A stretch of 57,167 nucleotides of DNA from Candidatus Woesearchaeota archaeon (GCA_964444465.1 CAYUGZ010000004.1:1-57167); one strand, 5' to 3'; positions 17,503 through 29,044 are shown, counted from the stretch's first letter. The notes: generated from the sequence alone by a model not told the origin. A program made the numbers and translations.

Positions 17503-17931
17503 TTAACCTATATAGTCACCCTTCTCTCCTTTAGTTGGAGAACTTAGTTCTACTAAGGGTAACCTAATATGTGGTGGTAAATTAACTTGTTGTGATAATT
17601 CTAATGCTTTAATATTGCATTTTATAAGGATAAAATTAGTAATTAATGTCATCAACTCTTTATCTAACTTTTTTGTTTTTGTCCAAGTATCCATTATCTC
17701 TTTTATTTTTTTAGTCTCTTCTCTAAATAATAGATGACCATTAATCTTCATGTTGCCTACATCTTGTTTGTATTCTGTTGTAAATTCAAACTCAAATTTA
17801 AGAAGATTATCTCTTTTAGGAACTAAGCTAACATTACTTAGTTTCATGTTATTTTCTACTTTAATATCTTTAGTTACTTGAGCAATTCTCTCTGCTAATA
17901 ATCTATCAATATCAAAAGATATAACTGGCAT
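17503..17931 (-). CDS. hypothetical protein
   Basis: 142-aa ORF with host-like composition. Confidence 0.45.
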   Translation of the reverse strand: MPVISFDIDRLLAERIAQVTKDIKVENNMKLSNVSLVPKRDNLLKFEFEFTTEYKQDVGNMKINGHLLFREETKKIKEIMDTWTKTKKLDKELMTLITNFILIKCNIKALELSQQVNLPPHIRLPLVELSSPTKGEKGDYIG

Positions 17932-17978
17932 TTTGTAATTTAGAAATAAGGATTATTTAAATCTTATTGTTTTTTAGT

Positions 17979-19646
17979 CTACATTTCTTTAGGTGCATCT
18001 ATCCCTAATAAGAATAATCCATTGCTTAAAACTTGCTTAACAGCTAGTATTAGGGCTAATCTTGAATCTCTTAGTTTAGGCTCTGTATTTAATACATTAA
18101 TTGAATCGTAAAATCTGTTGAATAATTTAGTAAGATCCAATAAATAATTTGTTATCAATGATGGTTTGTAATTATTAGCTGCTTCTTCTATTATTCCTGG
18201 AAATTTAGATAACAACATAATAAGTTCTGTTTCTTGAGGTAAAAATAATAAAGAATAATCTATATTTTTAGGTGTTTTAGTTTTTTTTATTATACTACAA
18301 ATTCTAGCATGTGCATATTGAACATAAGGAGCTGTGTCTCCTGTAAATGAGATTGATTCTTTAGGATCATAAACTATATCTTTTATTGGATCTATTTTAA
18401 TTAAATAAAACTTTAATGCTCCAATTCCTATTTGAGATTTTTTTTGTTCTGTTATCTTCCTTTTTCTCGACTTTAATTCATCTTCGGCTAGATTAACTAC
18501 TTCATCTAAAAGAGTATCTGCATCAACAACTTTTCCCTCCCTAGATTTCATTCTTCCTTCTGGTAGTAAAACCATACCATAACTTAAATGATGACATTTA
18601 TCTGAAATTTTAGACTTTAATTTGTCAAGTATAGCAAACAATTGTTTAAAATGTAAATTTTGTTCTGAAGCTACAACATATATTGATAGATCTGGGTTGT
18701 AATCTTTAAGTTTTAATTCTGCTAAAGCTAGATCTTGAGTTATGTATACAGAAGTTTTATCTTTTCTTAAAAGAATTCTATTTGGAAGATTATATTCAGA
18801 TAGATCAGCCATAACATTGTCTTCTTCATCTTTATCAAATATTTTTTTCTTTAATCCTTTATTCACTATATTTTTTCCTTTATCAAAATAATCACTTTCA
18901 TAATATGTTTTATGGAATTTAATGTTTAATCTTTTGTATGTTTGATCAAATCCTGTTAAAGCCCATTTATTCATCTTATTCCATAAGCTTAATGTAGATT
19001 TATCATTAGACTCCCATTTTATTAACAATTCTTGAGCTTCTTTGTTTAATGAATCATTAGCTTTTTTAGAGAACATAACATAATAATCACCTACAAAATG
19101 GTCTGATTTTTTATCGGGCTTTTTTTTATTGCCAAATTTTTGATATGCTAACATAGATTGCATTATATGGATTCCTCGATCATTAACTAAATTTAATCTT
19201 ATTACTTTATTCCCTAAAAATTCTAGAATTCTAGAAGTGGATTCTCCTAAAGCTATGTTTCTTAGATGTCCTAGATGTAAAGGTTTGTTAGTATTTGGAG
19301 CGCAATATTCTATGATGATTTTTTTCTTTTGTTTTTGGGAACCAAAATCTTGTTTTTTCTTTAAAATTTCTTCCAAAATAGTTTTGGTTATTGTTTGTTT
19401 GTTAATGAATATATTAAGATAAGGGCCTATAATCTGTGTTTTTTCGACTATTGGGGATTTGATTCTAAAGGCTAAATCTTTGGCTAAATCATTAGGTTCT
19501 TTGTTTATTAGTTTAGCCAATGTATAACAATGGATAGAATAATCTCCGAATTTATTATTTGGGGGAATTGCTAATAGTCTATTTATATCCTTATCTTTTA
19601 GATTTGTTATTTTTTTTAGGATGTTTATAATCTCTTTTTTGATCAT
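17979..19646 (-). CDS. argS: arginyl-tRNA synthetase
   Basis: HIGH region APNTNKPLHLGHLRN, MKSREGKV, and a C-terminal DALR-type anticodon-binding region. Confidence 0.92.
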   Translation of the reverse strand: MIKKEIINILKKITNLKDKDINRLLAIPPNNKFGDYSIHCYTLAKLINKEPNDLAKDLAFRIKSPIVEKTQIIGPYLNIFINKQTITKTILEEILKKKQDFGSQKQKKKIIIEYCAPNTNKPLHLGHLRNIALGESTSRILEFLGNKVIRLNLVNDRGIHIMQSMLAYQKFGNKKKPDKKSDHFVGDYYVMFSKKANDSLNKEAQELLIKWESNDKSTLSLWNKMNKWALTGFDQTYKRLNIKFHKTYYESDYFDKGKNIVNKGLKKKIFDKDEEDNVMADLSEYNLPNRILLRKDKTSVYITQDLALAELKLKDYNPDLSIYVVASEQNLHFKQLFAILDKLKSKISDKCHHLSYGMVLLPEGRMKSREGKVVDADTLLDEVVNLAEDELKSRKRKITEQKKSQIGIGALKFYLIKIDPIKDIVYDPKESISFTGDTAPYVQYAHARICSIIKKTKTPKNIDYSLLFLPQETELIMLLSKFPGIIEEAANNYKPSLITNYLLDLTKLFNRFYDSINVLNTEPKLRDSRLALILAVKQVLSNGLFLLGIDAPKEM

Positions 19647-19741
19647 TTAAGTTCTAAATTAAAGGATATATATAAATCTTCTATAACTATTAGTATTCCT
19701 TTAACCGAATAATTTATATATCTCTATACAAGCCATAGAAT

Positions 19742-20002
19742 ATGTCTAGGCTCTCAGATAAGACTTTAGAAAAGATAAAGAATGATATCTTATATGTGTT
19801 ATACGAGGCTAAATTAAATGGCATGTTCACTAAACACATAGGAGATGAGATAGCTAGAGATGATGAGTTAATTCTTAGATTGTTAAAAGACATGGAGAAT
19901 GCTAACCTTGTAAAGAAGATTAGCAACTTTAAAAGAAGAGTAAAATGGGTGATGACTGAAGAGGCTTATTCTAAATATAAGGAGATGTTAGGCCCTGTTT
20001 AA
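19742..20002 (+). CDS. small winged-helix protein
   Basis: 86 aa. [42 protein letters not shown]. Preferred over the antisense ORF 19714..19926. Confidence 0.5.
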   Translation: MSRLSDKTLEKIKNDILYVLYEAKLNGMFTKHIGDEIARDDELILRLLKDMENANLVKKISNFKRRVKWVMTEEAYSKYKEMLGPV

Positions 20003-21865
20003 TTTTTTTAATATATGTTGTTTTCCTTTCCAATCTAATGCTTCTTTTAGAACCTCTTGTATTGTTGAAACTGGAACAATTTTAATCTTCCTTAACTTTT
20101 CTTTTGATAGAATAATATCTTTCTCATTTGGCCTAGGAACTATAACTTTTTTCACTCCAGCTTCTATGGCTGCCTCAACTTTTTGTGTAACTCCCCCTAC
20201 AGCTAAAACTTCTCCCCTAACAGATAATGATCCAGTTAAAGCTACTTCTTGCTTGATTGGAACTTTCTTTAATGCTGAGATGATTGCTGTTGCTACTGCG
20301 ATAGATGCTGAGTCACCCTCTACACCTTCATAAGACTGCAAAAATTGAATAAAAATATCATACTCATCTTTAATATCGTCTCCGAAATTTTTTAAGATAA
20401 TAGCTGAAACATTTTGAACAGCTTCTTTTGCTATCTCTCCTAATTTTCCTGTAGCCACAAACTCTGCTTTTTTTCCTCCAGGAGTTACTTCAGATTCAAT
20501 TGGAAGCACAATTCCAGAAAATGAGGATCCTGAACCAATAACTGCCAATCCATTAACCCTTCCAATCCTATTTCCTTTTGTTATAATAACTTCATATTTC
20601 TTTTTATTTTCAATATATTTATCAGCTATTTGTTGTTCTAAAGTTCTTGATAATTTTTTAGCTTCAATTAAATGTTTTTTTTCAACTAATTTTGAATTTT
20701 GTTCTTTAGCTAAATCTCCTGCTGCTCTCACTAATCCTCCAAGCTCTCTTAATCTTAATGTTAATTTATTAGCTACCCCTGCTGCTTTTTTAGCTTCCTC
20801 AATCATTTCATTTACAGCATCTTGAGAAAAATGTGGAATCTTTTTATCTTTAGAAACTTCTTGAGCTATAAATTGGGTAACTTTTTCTCTGTTTTTTTCG
20901 TTATCATCCATTGTTGTGTTCATATAAATCTCATAACCATAACCTCTAATTCTAGATCTTAAAGCAGGGTGCATTTTTTGGATTGTTTCCATATTTCCTG
21001 CAGCAACTAAAATAAAATCACAAGGAACTGGTTCAGATCTTGTTTGAGCCCCGGAACTTCTCTCACTTTGTCCAGTTATTGGATATTTCTTTTCTTGTAA
21101 TGCAGTTAATAGTTCTTGTTGAGATCTCATTGATAAAGTTCCAACTTCATCAACAAATAAAACCCCTCCATTTGCTTTATGTATCATTCCAGGAATTAAT
21201 CTTTCATAAGCCGGAGTTCCTAATCCTCCAGATTGTAATGGGTCATGCAATACATCTCCTAATAATGCTCCTGCATGTGTTCCTGTTGCGTCAAAAAATG
21301 GAGCATGTCTATTTTCAGAGTTGTCAATTAATAATTTTGCTACTTTTGATTTCTCACTTAGGTTCATTCTTTTTCCTAAATTTAAGAATAACATAAATCC
21401 TATAATGAAAACCATTGATGAAATCATAGAAGCTGCATAAATAACATCTGATATTGCTCCTGTCTTCCAAAAGTAATATGGAATTAAACTTACAACAAGA
21501 ACAACAACTAATAAAATTAAAGATTGATTTTTAAAAGAAGACATTGCTTGTATCTTTTGTTTGGTAACTAAGGATTTTCCTTGTCCTTTTGACATTGTCC
21601 TTATTAATGGGGCATTATCGTCATTTGGATTTGGTAAAGCTAATATGTCTGATAGAATTTCCATTGGTAACAACTCAGATAAGGCTTGGCCGATCATACT
21701 TTTACCTGTTCCAGGATCTCCAATTAATAAAACATTTCTTCTTTGTTTAGCTGCTTTTTTAACAATAGAAATAGCTGGGTCTTGGCCAATAACTTGATCT
21801 ACTACACCCTTAGATATTTTTACATCTTTTGTAGATTTATATTTCATTTTATTAGATAAAATCAA
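19988..21865 (-). CDS. lon: archaeal membrane-bound Lon protease (LonB)
   Basis: Walker A GDPGTGKS, two TM helices inserted in the AAA domain, Ser-Lys protease domain (GDSASIA). Confidence 0.9.
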   Translation of the reverse strand: MILSNKMKYKSTKDVKISKGVVDQVIGQDPAISIVKKAAKQRRNVLLIGDPGTGKSMIGQALSELLPMEILSDILALPNPNDDNAPLIRTMSKGQGKSLVTKQKIQAMSSFKNQSLILLVVVLVVSLIPYYFWKTGAISDVIYAASMISSMVFIIGFMLFLNLGKRMNLSEKSKVAKLLIDNSENRHAPFFDATGTHAGALLGDVLHDPLQSGGLGTPAYERLIPGMIHKANGGVLFVDEVGTLSMRSQQELLTALQEKKYPITGQSERSSGAQTRSEPVPCDFILVAAGNMETIQKMHPALRSRIRGYGYEIYMNTTMDDNEKNREKVTQFIAQEVSKDKKIPHFSQDAVNEMIEEAKKAAGVANKLTLRLRELGGLVRAAGDLAKEQNSKLVEKKHLIEAKKLSRTLEQQIADKYIENKKKYEVIITKGNRIGRVNGLAVIGSGSSFSGIVLPIESEVTPGGKKAEFVATGKLGEIAKEAVQNVSAIILKNFGDDIKDEYDIFIQFLQSYEGVEGDSASIAVATAIISALKKVPIKQEVALTGSLSVRGEVLAVGGVTQKVEAAIEAGVKKVIVPRPNEKDIILSKEKLRKIKIVPVSTIQEVLKEALDWKGKQHILKKLNRA

Positions 21866-21910
21866 GAGTTATATGGTATAATATGGTGTTTAAAAATCTA
21901 TCTTTTAGAA

Positions 21911-22174
21911 TTAAGACATATCATCTTCTGATACAACTACAAAATCACCAACCGCAATAACTGATGAATATGGAATTGTTAATTCATTACTATCATTCCT
22001 TTCTAAATCTAGTTCTGTAGCAAAACTTGTTGGATTTTTTAATATAATGTGAATTAATTCCCCTGTTCTTGTTTCAAAAGATATGTTTCCAACTTCTCCA
22101 AATCTTTTTCCAGATTTAGTTACTACAGTCTTCCCAACAATCTGTTTAGAATATTTTTTATCTTCTTCTGCCAT
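21911..22174 (-). CDS. PRC-barrel domain protein
   Basis: GKTVVTKSGKRFGEVGNISFETRTGELIHIIL pattern. Confidence 0.55.
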   Translation of the reverse strand: MAEEDKKYSKQIVGKTVVTKSGKRFGEVGNISFETRTGELIHIILKNPTSFATELDLERNDSNELTIPYSSVIAVGDFVVVSEDDMS

Positions 22175-22199
22175 TTTTATTATATTAGATATTTTATCG

Positions 22200-22499
22200 T
22201 TATTTATAAATTTTTCTAGTATCTAAAAAATTTGTTGTATTAACTGAATTAAACAATTCAGATTCATCTAATCTATCTTTAATATCTGAAAAAACTGCTG
22301 CAGAGGTTATTATTAATTTATTATCTGTTTTAAGTAAATTATTTTCTAAAAGATATCCACTTGATGCTAATGATACTAAAGCTATTAAAAAAAATAAAAT
22401 TATTAATTTTGATATTTTTGAGACAAAATGGTGTTTAAAATATTCCATAAAAATGAATGCTGCTATCACCACACCAACAATATAAAGCCAATTAACCAT
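22200..22499 (-). CDS. small membrane protein
   Basis: Two predicted TM segments. Confidence 0.45.
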   Translation of the reverse strand: MVNWLYIVGVVIAAFIFMEYFKHHFVSKISKLIILFFLIALVSLASSGYLLENNLLKTDNKLIITSAAVFSDIKDRLDESELFNSVNTTNFLDTRKIYK

Positions 22500-22547
22500 T
22501 AAATTATATATTTATTTATTATATAAAATTTACTTGTCAAAATAATA

Positions 22548-22953
22548 CCTTCTTAGGAATGGAAAAATTAAATCAAATAATAATTAACCCTCACACCCTT
22601 ATATTTCGTATGGAGTTATTTTTATTAAAAATTCTCTTTAATTCGTAAATACAAGCTTTATAGCATTAAAATAATAAATAATCTTAATTTAATTAATAAA
22701 TAATATAAAAATTATAAATAGTTGATATAAGCTCTAAAACTTGAAAATTTTAATGATTTATTTTTTCTTTTTATTTATATATTATAAATATTTATATTAT
22801 ATTATATTTATATTATTAATCATAATTACTTTTGAGTATAACAAATTTGTTGTCATTCTATAGTTCCATAAGAAGAAAAGGTGTAAATATTTTATTAAAT
22901 AACAAAAAAATTTATTTTTACTGAAATATTTGTTCCAAAGGAAATAAAGGTGG
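22548..22953. other. probable chromosomal replication origin (oriC) with ORB-like elements flanking an AT-rich unwinding region
   Basis: Direct elements are gttccataagaagaaaaggtg (22863..22883) and gttccaaaggaaataaaggtgg (22932..22953). Inverted relatives are ccttcttaggaatggaaaaa (22548..22567) and cgtatggagttat (22607..22619). About 240 bp of nearly pure A/T lies between them. The region sits immediately upstream of orc1/cdc6. Confidence 0.55.
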
Positions 22954-23002
22954 TGCTGTGTTGTAATAATCTTTAAATAATATTTTAATAGTTTTTATTG
23001 AA

Positions 23003-24220
23003 ATGAGGCAAAAAGAGTTGGATGGTTTCTTTGAAAAATTTCTTGAAAAAGATCCACTATTTATCAATAAAAAAGCTTTACAAGGTAATTATACTCCTAA
23101 AAATCTTCCACATAGAGAAGAACAAATAAATCAAATAGCTGGAGTTTTAGCTCCTGCTTTAAGAATGGAAAAACCTTCTAATATTTTTATATATGGAAAG
23201 ACTGGGACTGGCAAAAGTTTGTGTGTAAATTATATTGCTGATAATTTATTAGTTACAGCAGAAAAAAATAAAATTCCTCTAAAAATAATTTATATAAATT
23301 GTAAATTAAAGAGGGTAGCAGATACAGAATATAGATTAATTGCACAATTAACTAGGGAATTTGGGGTAGATGTTCCTGCAACAGGATTACCTACAGAAGA
23401 AGTTTACAAATTATTTGTTAAACAATTAGATAAAGAAAAAAGATTATTATTAATAATTTTAGATGAAATTGATCAATTAGTTCATAAAACAGGAGATGAA
23501 ATCTTATACAATTTAACAAGATTAAATAATGAGTTGAAAAATTCTGAAGTAACGTTAATTGGGATAAGTAATGATTTGTTGTTTGTTGACAATTTAGATC
23601 CTAGAGTAAAAAGTAGTTTGAGTGAAGAAGAATTAGTTTTCCCACCATATAATGCAATTCAATTACAAAGTATCTTAAAACAAAGAGCAAAATTGGCCTT
23701 TAGAAAAGATGTTATTGAAGAAGGAGTTATAGAAAAATGTGCAGCTTATGCTGCTCGAGATCATGGGGATGCTAGAAGAGCATTAGAATTATTAAGAGTT
23801 GCTGGAGAAATAACTGAAAGAAAAAATGAAAATAAAATTATAGTTCAACATATAGATGGAGCAGAAGATAAGATAGAGAGAGATAGAGTCTTAGAACAAG
23901 TTAATACACAACCAAAACAATTCAAATTAACATTATATTCTATTTTCAATGTCTGTACTAATGGGAATAGTAATGGAAATCCAATTTTTACAGGAGATAT
24001 TTATGAAATTTACAAACAATCATGCATTAATTGTGGATTAAAACCATTAACACAAAGAAGAGTTTCAGATATAATTGCAGAATTAGATATGTTAGGCATG
24101 ATAAATGCTAAAGTTATTAGTAAAGGAAGATATGGAAGAACAAGAGAAATAAAATTAGCAATCCCAAATGCAACCATCCCAAAAATTAATGATATACTAA
24201 AAGAGGGCTTAGGTTTATGA
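23003..24220 (+). CDS. cdc6: Orc1/Cdc6 replication initiator
   Basis: AAA+ Walker A GKTGTGKS, Walker B ILDEID, DHGDARRALELLR, and a C-terminal winged helix. Confidence 0.92.
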   Translation: MRQKELDGFFEKFLEKDPLFINKKALQGNYTPKNLPHREEQINQIAGVLAPALRMEKPSNIFIYGKTGTGKSLCVNYIADNLLVTAEKNKIPLKIIYINCKLKRVADTEYRLIAQLTREFGVDVPATGLPTEEVYKLFVKQLDKEKRLLLIILDEIDQLVHKTGDEILYNLTRLNNELKNSEVTLIGISNDLLFVDNLDPRVKSSLSEEELVFPPYNAIQLQSILKQRAKLAFRKDVIEEGVIEKCAAYAARDHGDARRALELLRVAGEITERKNENKIIVQHIDGAEDKIERDRVLEQVNTQPKQFKLTLYSIFNVCTNGNSNGNPIFTGDIYEIYKQSCINCGLKPLTQRRVSDIIAELDMLGMINAKVISKGRYGRTREIKLAIPNATIPKINDILKEGLGL

Positions 24221-25674
24221 GGGAAGTTATAAAATCCTTTATGGATAAAAAAATTCTTTTAAGCCCAGAGGTTATTGAAAATATTAATGAAGATAATTTA
24301 GATTTAATTGAAAAATTAAATAAAAAAAATATAATAGTTCTAACTAATGATTTATTGAATGGAGATAAAGAAGAAAAAACAGAAATTAAAAAAGATAATA
24401 AAGAAGATTTAGATAGAAAAGTAAAAATAATAAAAAGTTATGAAGCTGATCCTCAAAAAATAGAAGTTAAAGATTTTGTTTCTCATTTTAAATCTAGATA
24501 TAATAAAATAAAAAATATTTTAGTGAACAGACAAGATCTACAAGATGTTTTATCAATAAATAAAGGAATCGAAAAAAATAATACAAATGTTTCATTTATT
24601 GGATTAGTTTTTAGTAAAGATCTAACAAAAAATGGAAATATTGTGATTAAATTAGAAGATATAACTGGAGAAGTAACTGGAATAATCAATCAAGAAAAAG
24701 AATGTTTTGAGATAGGGAAAAATTTAGTTTTGGATGAGGTTATTGGGATTAAAGGTTTTATAAGAAATAAAGTTTTATTCATAAATAATATTTATATCCC
24801 TGACACACCATATAATAAAGAATTAAAAAAATCTGAAGATGAAGTTTATGCCGCATTTATTAGTGATGTACACATAGGGAATAAAGTATTTTTAAAAGAA
24901 GAATTTGAGAAATTTATTGAATGGATAAATGGAGAGTTAGGGGATGAAAAACAAAAAGAATTATCTTCTAAAATAAAATATCTCTTTTTAGTTGGAGATT
25001 TAGTGGATGGAATTGGGATTTACCCAGATCAAGACAAAGAATTAATCATTCCAGACATTAGAGAACAATATGAATTATTAGCAGATTATTTAGGGAAGAT
25101 AAGAAAAGACATAAGCTTAATTGTTGGTCCAGGAAATCACGATGCAATGAGATTAAGTGAGCCTCAACCATATTTGGATAAAGATTTAGCAAAGAGTGTT
25201 TGGGATTTACCAAATACATTTTTAGTTAGCAATCCTGCTTTAATTAATATTCATTCTTCTGATGATTTTAGTGGATTTGATGTTTTGATGTATCATGGGA
25301 ATAGTTTACATTATTTTATAGATAATGTTGATACTTTAAGATTAGGGAACGCAAGAGATAATGCAAGTTTAGCAGCTAAATTTTTAATGCAGAAAAGACA
25401 TTTAGCCCCAACACATGGCTCTGATGTTTATATGGCTTCTAAAGAAGATAATTTAGTTATAGAAGACATTCCTGATTTTTTTGTTTTAGGGGAGATGCAT
25501 AGGCCAGATTCAACTAATTATAATGGGACAACAATAATTAATTGTTCATGTTGGCAAGGAAAAACACCTTATCAAGAAAAAATGGGAAACAATCCTTTAC
25601 CAGCTAGAGTTTCTATTGTTAATCTAAAAACAAGAGAGATAAGCAATATAAAATTTGATGAAAATGATAAATAA
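24217..25674 (+). CDS. polB: DNA polymerase D (II) small subunit DP1
   Basis: OB fold plus calcineurin-like phosphoesterase domain (SDVHIG, GDLVDG, GNHD). The start overlaps the cdc6 stop (ATGA). Confidence 0.92.
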   Translation: MREVIKSFMDKKILLSPEVIENINEDNLDLIEKLNKKNIIVLTNDLLNGDKEEKTEIKKDNKEDLDRKVKIIKSYEADPQKIEVKDFVSHFKSRYNKIKNILVNRQDLQDVLSINKGIEKNNTNVSFIGLVFSKDLTKNGNIVIKLEDITGEVTGIINQEKECFEIGKNLVLDEVIGIKGFIRNKVLFINNIYIPDTPYNKELKKSEDEVYAAFISDVHIGNKVFLKEEFEKFIEWINGELGDEKQKELSSKIKYLFLVGDLVDGIGIYPDQDKELIIPDIREQYELLADYLGKIRKDISLIVGPGNHDAMRLSEPQPYLDKDLAKSVWDLPNTFLVSNPALINIHSSDDFSGFDVLMYHGNSLHYFIDNVDTLRLGNARDNASLAAKFLMQKRHLAPTHGSDVYMASKEDNLVIEDIPDFFVLGEMHRPDSTNYNGTTIINCSCWQGKTPYQEKMGNNPLPARVSIVNLKTREISNIKFDENDK

Positions 25675-28600
25675 ATATTTTGATGATATAGAAAAAGAAG
25701 TGAATAAATGTTATGAATTAGCTAACAAAGCTAGAGCTTTAAATTTAGATCCTGAAGATAAATCTGAAGTTATTCTTGCAAGAAATATGGTAGAAAGAGT
25801 TGAGGGACTAATAAGTACTGTTGCCCCTCAAATTAAAAATAGTGGAATGGCCGAAAGGATAGTTGAGTTAGAAGAAGAATATGATAAATTAGATTGGAGA
25901 GTTGCATTAAAAATTGCTTTAGAAGTTGCCCAAGCAAAATTTTGTGAGTTTAAAGATAAAAGAGAAGCAATGGAAGTAGGAATTAGAGTATCTTTAGCTT
26001 ATTTAACTTCAGGAGTTGTATCTAGTCCTTTAGAAGGTTTTGTTGCATTAAAGATTAAAGAAACAAATGACTCGAAAGAATATTTTTGTTTGATGTTTGG
26101 AGGCCCAATAAGAAGTGCAGGAACAACAATAATTTGTGGAATGTTATTAGCTGCAGATTATGTTAGAAAAAATATGGGTTACGCTCCTTATGATCCAAGT
26201 GAACAAGAAGTAAAAAGGATGGTAACTGAACTTTATGATTATCATGAAAGAATTACAAATTTACAATATCTTCCAAGTGAAGAAGAGATTGAATTTTTAA
26301 TGAGAAATCTATCTTTACAAATTTCAGGAGACCCAACAGAGAAAGTTGAGGTTAGCAACTATAAAAATCTCCCAAGAATAGAAACTGATTTTATTAGGAA
26401 TGGTCCTTGTCTAGTTTTAGGAGAAGGATTAGCACAAAAATCACCAAAAATGTGGGTTAAGATATCTAAATGGAAAGATGATTTTAACTTACAAAATTGG
26501 GATTACATAAATGATTTTGTTAAACTACAAAAAAAGATAAGATCTAAAGGTGAAGTAAAAAAAGAAACAGAAAAAATAGCTCCAGATTATAATTACATTA
26601 AAGATTTAGTTGCAGGACGTCCAATTTTAACTCATCCATTAAGAACTGGAGGATTTAGATTGAGATATGGGAGATCTAGAATTTCTGGGTTGAGTAGTAT
26701 GGCAATGCATCCAGCTACAATGATAATTTTAGATGAATATATTGCTACAGGAACTCAATTAAGATATGAAAGACCTGGAAAATCAAGTGCAATGGAACCT
26801 TGTGATACTATTGAAGGGCCAATTGTTAAATTAAAAAATGGAGATGTTTTATTTTTAGATTCAGAACAAGAAGCCAAAGATAATTTAAAGAATGTTAAAG
26901 AAATTATATTTTTAGGAGACTTTTTAGTTAATTATGGGGAATTTTTTAATAGAGGCCATAGATTAGTTCCTTGTGGTTATAATGAAGAATGGTATCAACA
27001 AGAAATAAAAAAATTAAATACAAAAGATAAACTAATTGAAAAATTAAAGAGAGACAGATTTTTTAAAATAACAGCAAAACAAGCTTTTGAATTATCTAAA
27101 GAACATAAAATTCCTTTACACCCAAGATATACTTATCATTGGAATGATCTTGATAAAGAACAATTTAACAGTTTTATAGAATGGTATAAAAAAGGAAGTT
27201 TGAATGAATCTAAAATATTACTTCCATTTGTTTATGATTTAACATCAGAAATAAAAGAAAGAGATCCTAAAAGAGTTTTAGAATTACTTGGAGTGCCACA
27301 TAAAGTAGCTGAGAAAGAGTATGTTGTAATAGAAGGAGATCATGCTTACACACTTTATAATATTCTTAAATTAGATAAACTACCAAAAGAAGGGAATGTA
27401 TTAGAATTAATAAATAAAATTTCTAAAATTATTATAAGAGATAAATCTGGAACTTTTATTGGAGCTAGAATGGGTAGACCTGAAAAAGCTAAGCTCCGAA
27501 AATTAACAGGAAACCCACATATGTTATTTCCAGTTGGAGATCAAGGTGGAAGAATGAGGAATTTACAAACAGCTTTGACTAAAGGAAAAATAACATCAGA
27601 ATTTTCAACCTTTTATTGTAATAAATGTAAAAAAGAAACTATTTATCCAAAATGTGAAGTTTGTGAAGAAAAAACTGAAATGGGTGGATTTAAGAGAAGA
27701 AACATTGATGTTGATCATTATTTTAAACAAGCACTAAAAAAAATAAAATTAAAAGAATATAATGAATTGATTAAAGGAGTGAGGGGAACTTCTAATAAAG
27801 ATCATATTCCTGAAAATATGGCTAAAGGAATTCTGAGAGCACAATATAATTTGAATGTTAACAAAGATGGAACTATAAGATATGACATGACTGAAATGCC
27901 AATAACTCATTTTAAAGCTAAAGAAATTGGAACAAGTATTGAAAAATTAAAAAAATTAGGTTATGAAAAAGACATTAATGGTAAAGAATTAGAAAATGAA
28001 GATCAATTAATAGAGATAAGACCACAAGATGTTATTCTTCCAGCATGTGATGAAGCTCGTGAAGAAGGAGCAGATAAAGTTCTAACAAGAATTGCTAATT
28101 ACATTGATGATTTATTAGTTAAATTTTATGGATTGAAGAAATTTTATAATGTTAAACAAAGAGAAGATTTAATTGGACATTTAGTTATTGGATTAGCTCC
28201 CCATATAAGTGCAGCAATTATTGGAAGAATAATTGGATTTAGTAAAACACAAGGATGTTTTTCACATCCATTATGGCACTCTGCACAAAGAAGAGATTGT
28301 GAAGGTGATGAAAATTGTGTTATGTTGTTAATGGATTCTTTATTGAATTTTTCTAGACATTATCTACCAAATAATAGAGGAGCAACACAAGACACACCTT
28401 TAGTATTAACTTCTATATTAACTCCAAGTGAAGTAGATGATATGGTTTTTGATATGGATCTGGTTTGGGAATATCCTCTAGAGTTGTATGAAGCAGCACA
28501 AGAATATAAAGATCCTAGAGAAATAAAAATCGAACAATTAATTAATAGATTGGGAAAAGAATCTCAATTTGAAGATTGGGGATTTACTCATGATGTTTCT

Positions 28601-29044
28601 GATATGAACATTGGAATTGTATGGAGTGCTTACAAAAAAATTCCTTCAATGATGGAAAAAGTTTTAGGTCAGATGGAAATTGCTTCTAAAATAAGAGCTG
28701 TAGATGAGATTGATGTTGCTAGATTAACTATAGAGAGACATTTTATAAGAGATATAAAAGGAAACTTAAGAAAATTCTCAATGCAACAATTTAGATGTGT
28801 TGCTTGCAATGAAAAGTTTAGAAGACCCCCTTTATCTGGTAAATGTACAAAATGTAATGGAAAATTAATTTTTACAATATCCCAAGGTAGTATTGTTAAA
28901 TATTTAGCACCAAGTATGCAGCTAGCAGAACACTATAATGTTTCTAATTACTTAAAACAGACTTTAGAGTTGACTAAGCAAAGAATAGAGGGTGTTTTTG
29001 GAAGAGAAAAAGAAAAACAAGAAGGATTAACGAAATGGTTTTAA
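25655..29044 (+). CDS. polC: DNA polymerase D (II) large subunit DP2
   Basis: 1129 aa with conserved DP2 blocks (GRPEKAK, GLAPHISA, CEGDEN, C-terminal Zn motif CVACNEKF...CTKCNG). No intein is evident. Confidence 0.93.
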   Translation: MMKMINKYFDDIEKEVNKCYELANKARALNLDPEDKSEVILARNMVERVEGLISTVAPQIKNSGMAERIVELEEEYDKLDWRVALKIALEVAQAKFCEFKDKREAMEVGIRVSLAYLTSGVVSSPLEGFVALKIKETNDSKEYFCLMFGGPIRSAGTTIICGMLLAADYVRKNMGYAPYDPSEQEVKRMVTELYDYHERITNLQYLPSEEEIEFLMRNLSLQISGDPTEKVEVSNYKNLPRIETDFIRNGPCLVLGEGLAQKSPKMWVKISKWKDDFNLQNWDYINDFVKLQKKIRSKGEVKKETEKIAPDYNYIKDLVAGRPILTHPLRTGGFRLRYGRSRISGLSSMAMHPATMIILDEYIATGTQLRYERPGKSSAMEPCDTIEGPIVKLKNGDVLFLDSEQEAKDNLKNVKEIIFLGDFLVNYGEFFNRGHRLVPCGYNEEWYQQEIKKLNTKDKLIEKLKRDRFFKITAKQAFELSKEHKIPLHPRYTYHWNDLDKEQFNSFIEWYKKGSLNESKILLPFVYDLTSEIKERDPKRVLELLGVPHKVAEKEYVVIEGDHAYTLYNILKLDKLPKEGNVLELINKISKIIIRDKSGTFIGARMGRPEKAKLRKLTGNPHMLFPVGDQGGRMRNLQTALTKGKITSEFSTFYCNKCKKETIYPKCEVCEEKTEMGGFKRRNIDVDHYFKQALKKIKLKEYNELIKGVRGTSNKDHIPENMAKGILRAQYNLNVNKDGTIRYDMTEMPITHFKAKEIGTSIEKLKKLGYEKDINGKELENEDQLIEIRPQDVILPACDEAREEGADKVLTRIANYIDDLLVKFYGLKKFYNVKQREDLIGHLVIGLAPHISAAIIGRIIGFSKTQGCFSHPLWHSAQRRDCEGDENCVMLLMDSLLNFSRHYLPNNRGATQDTPLVLTSILTPSEVDDMVFDMDLVWEYPLELYEAAQEYKDPREIKIEQLINRLGKESQFEDWGFTHDVSDMNIGIVWSAYKKIPSMMEKVLGQMEIASKIRAVDEIDVARLTIERHFIRDIKGNLRKFSMQQFRCVACNEKFRRPPLSGKCTKCNGKLIFTISQGSIVKYLAPSMQLAEHYNVSNYLKQTLELTKQRIEGVFGREKEKQEGLTKWF

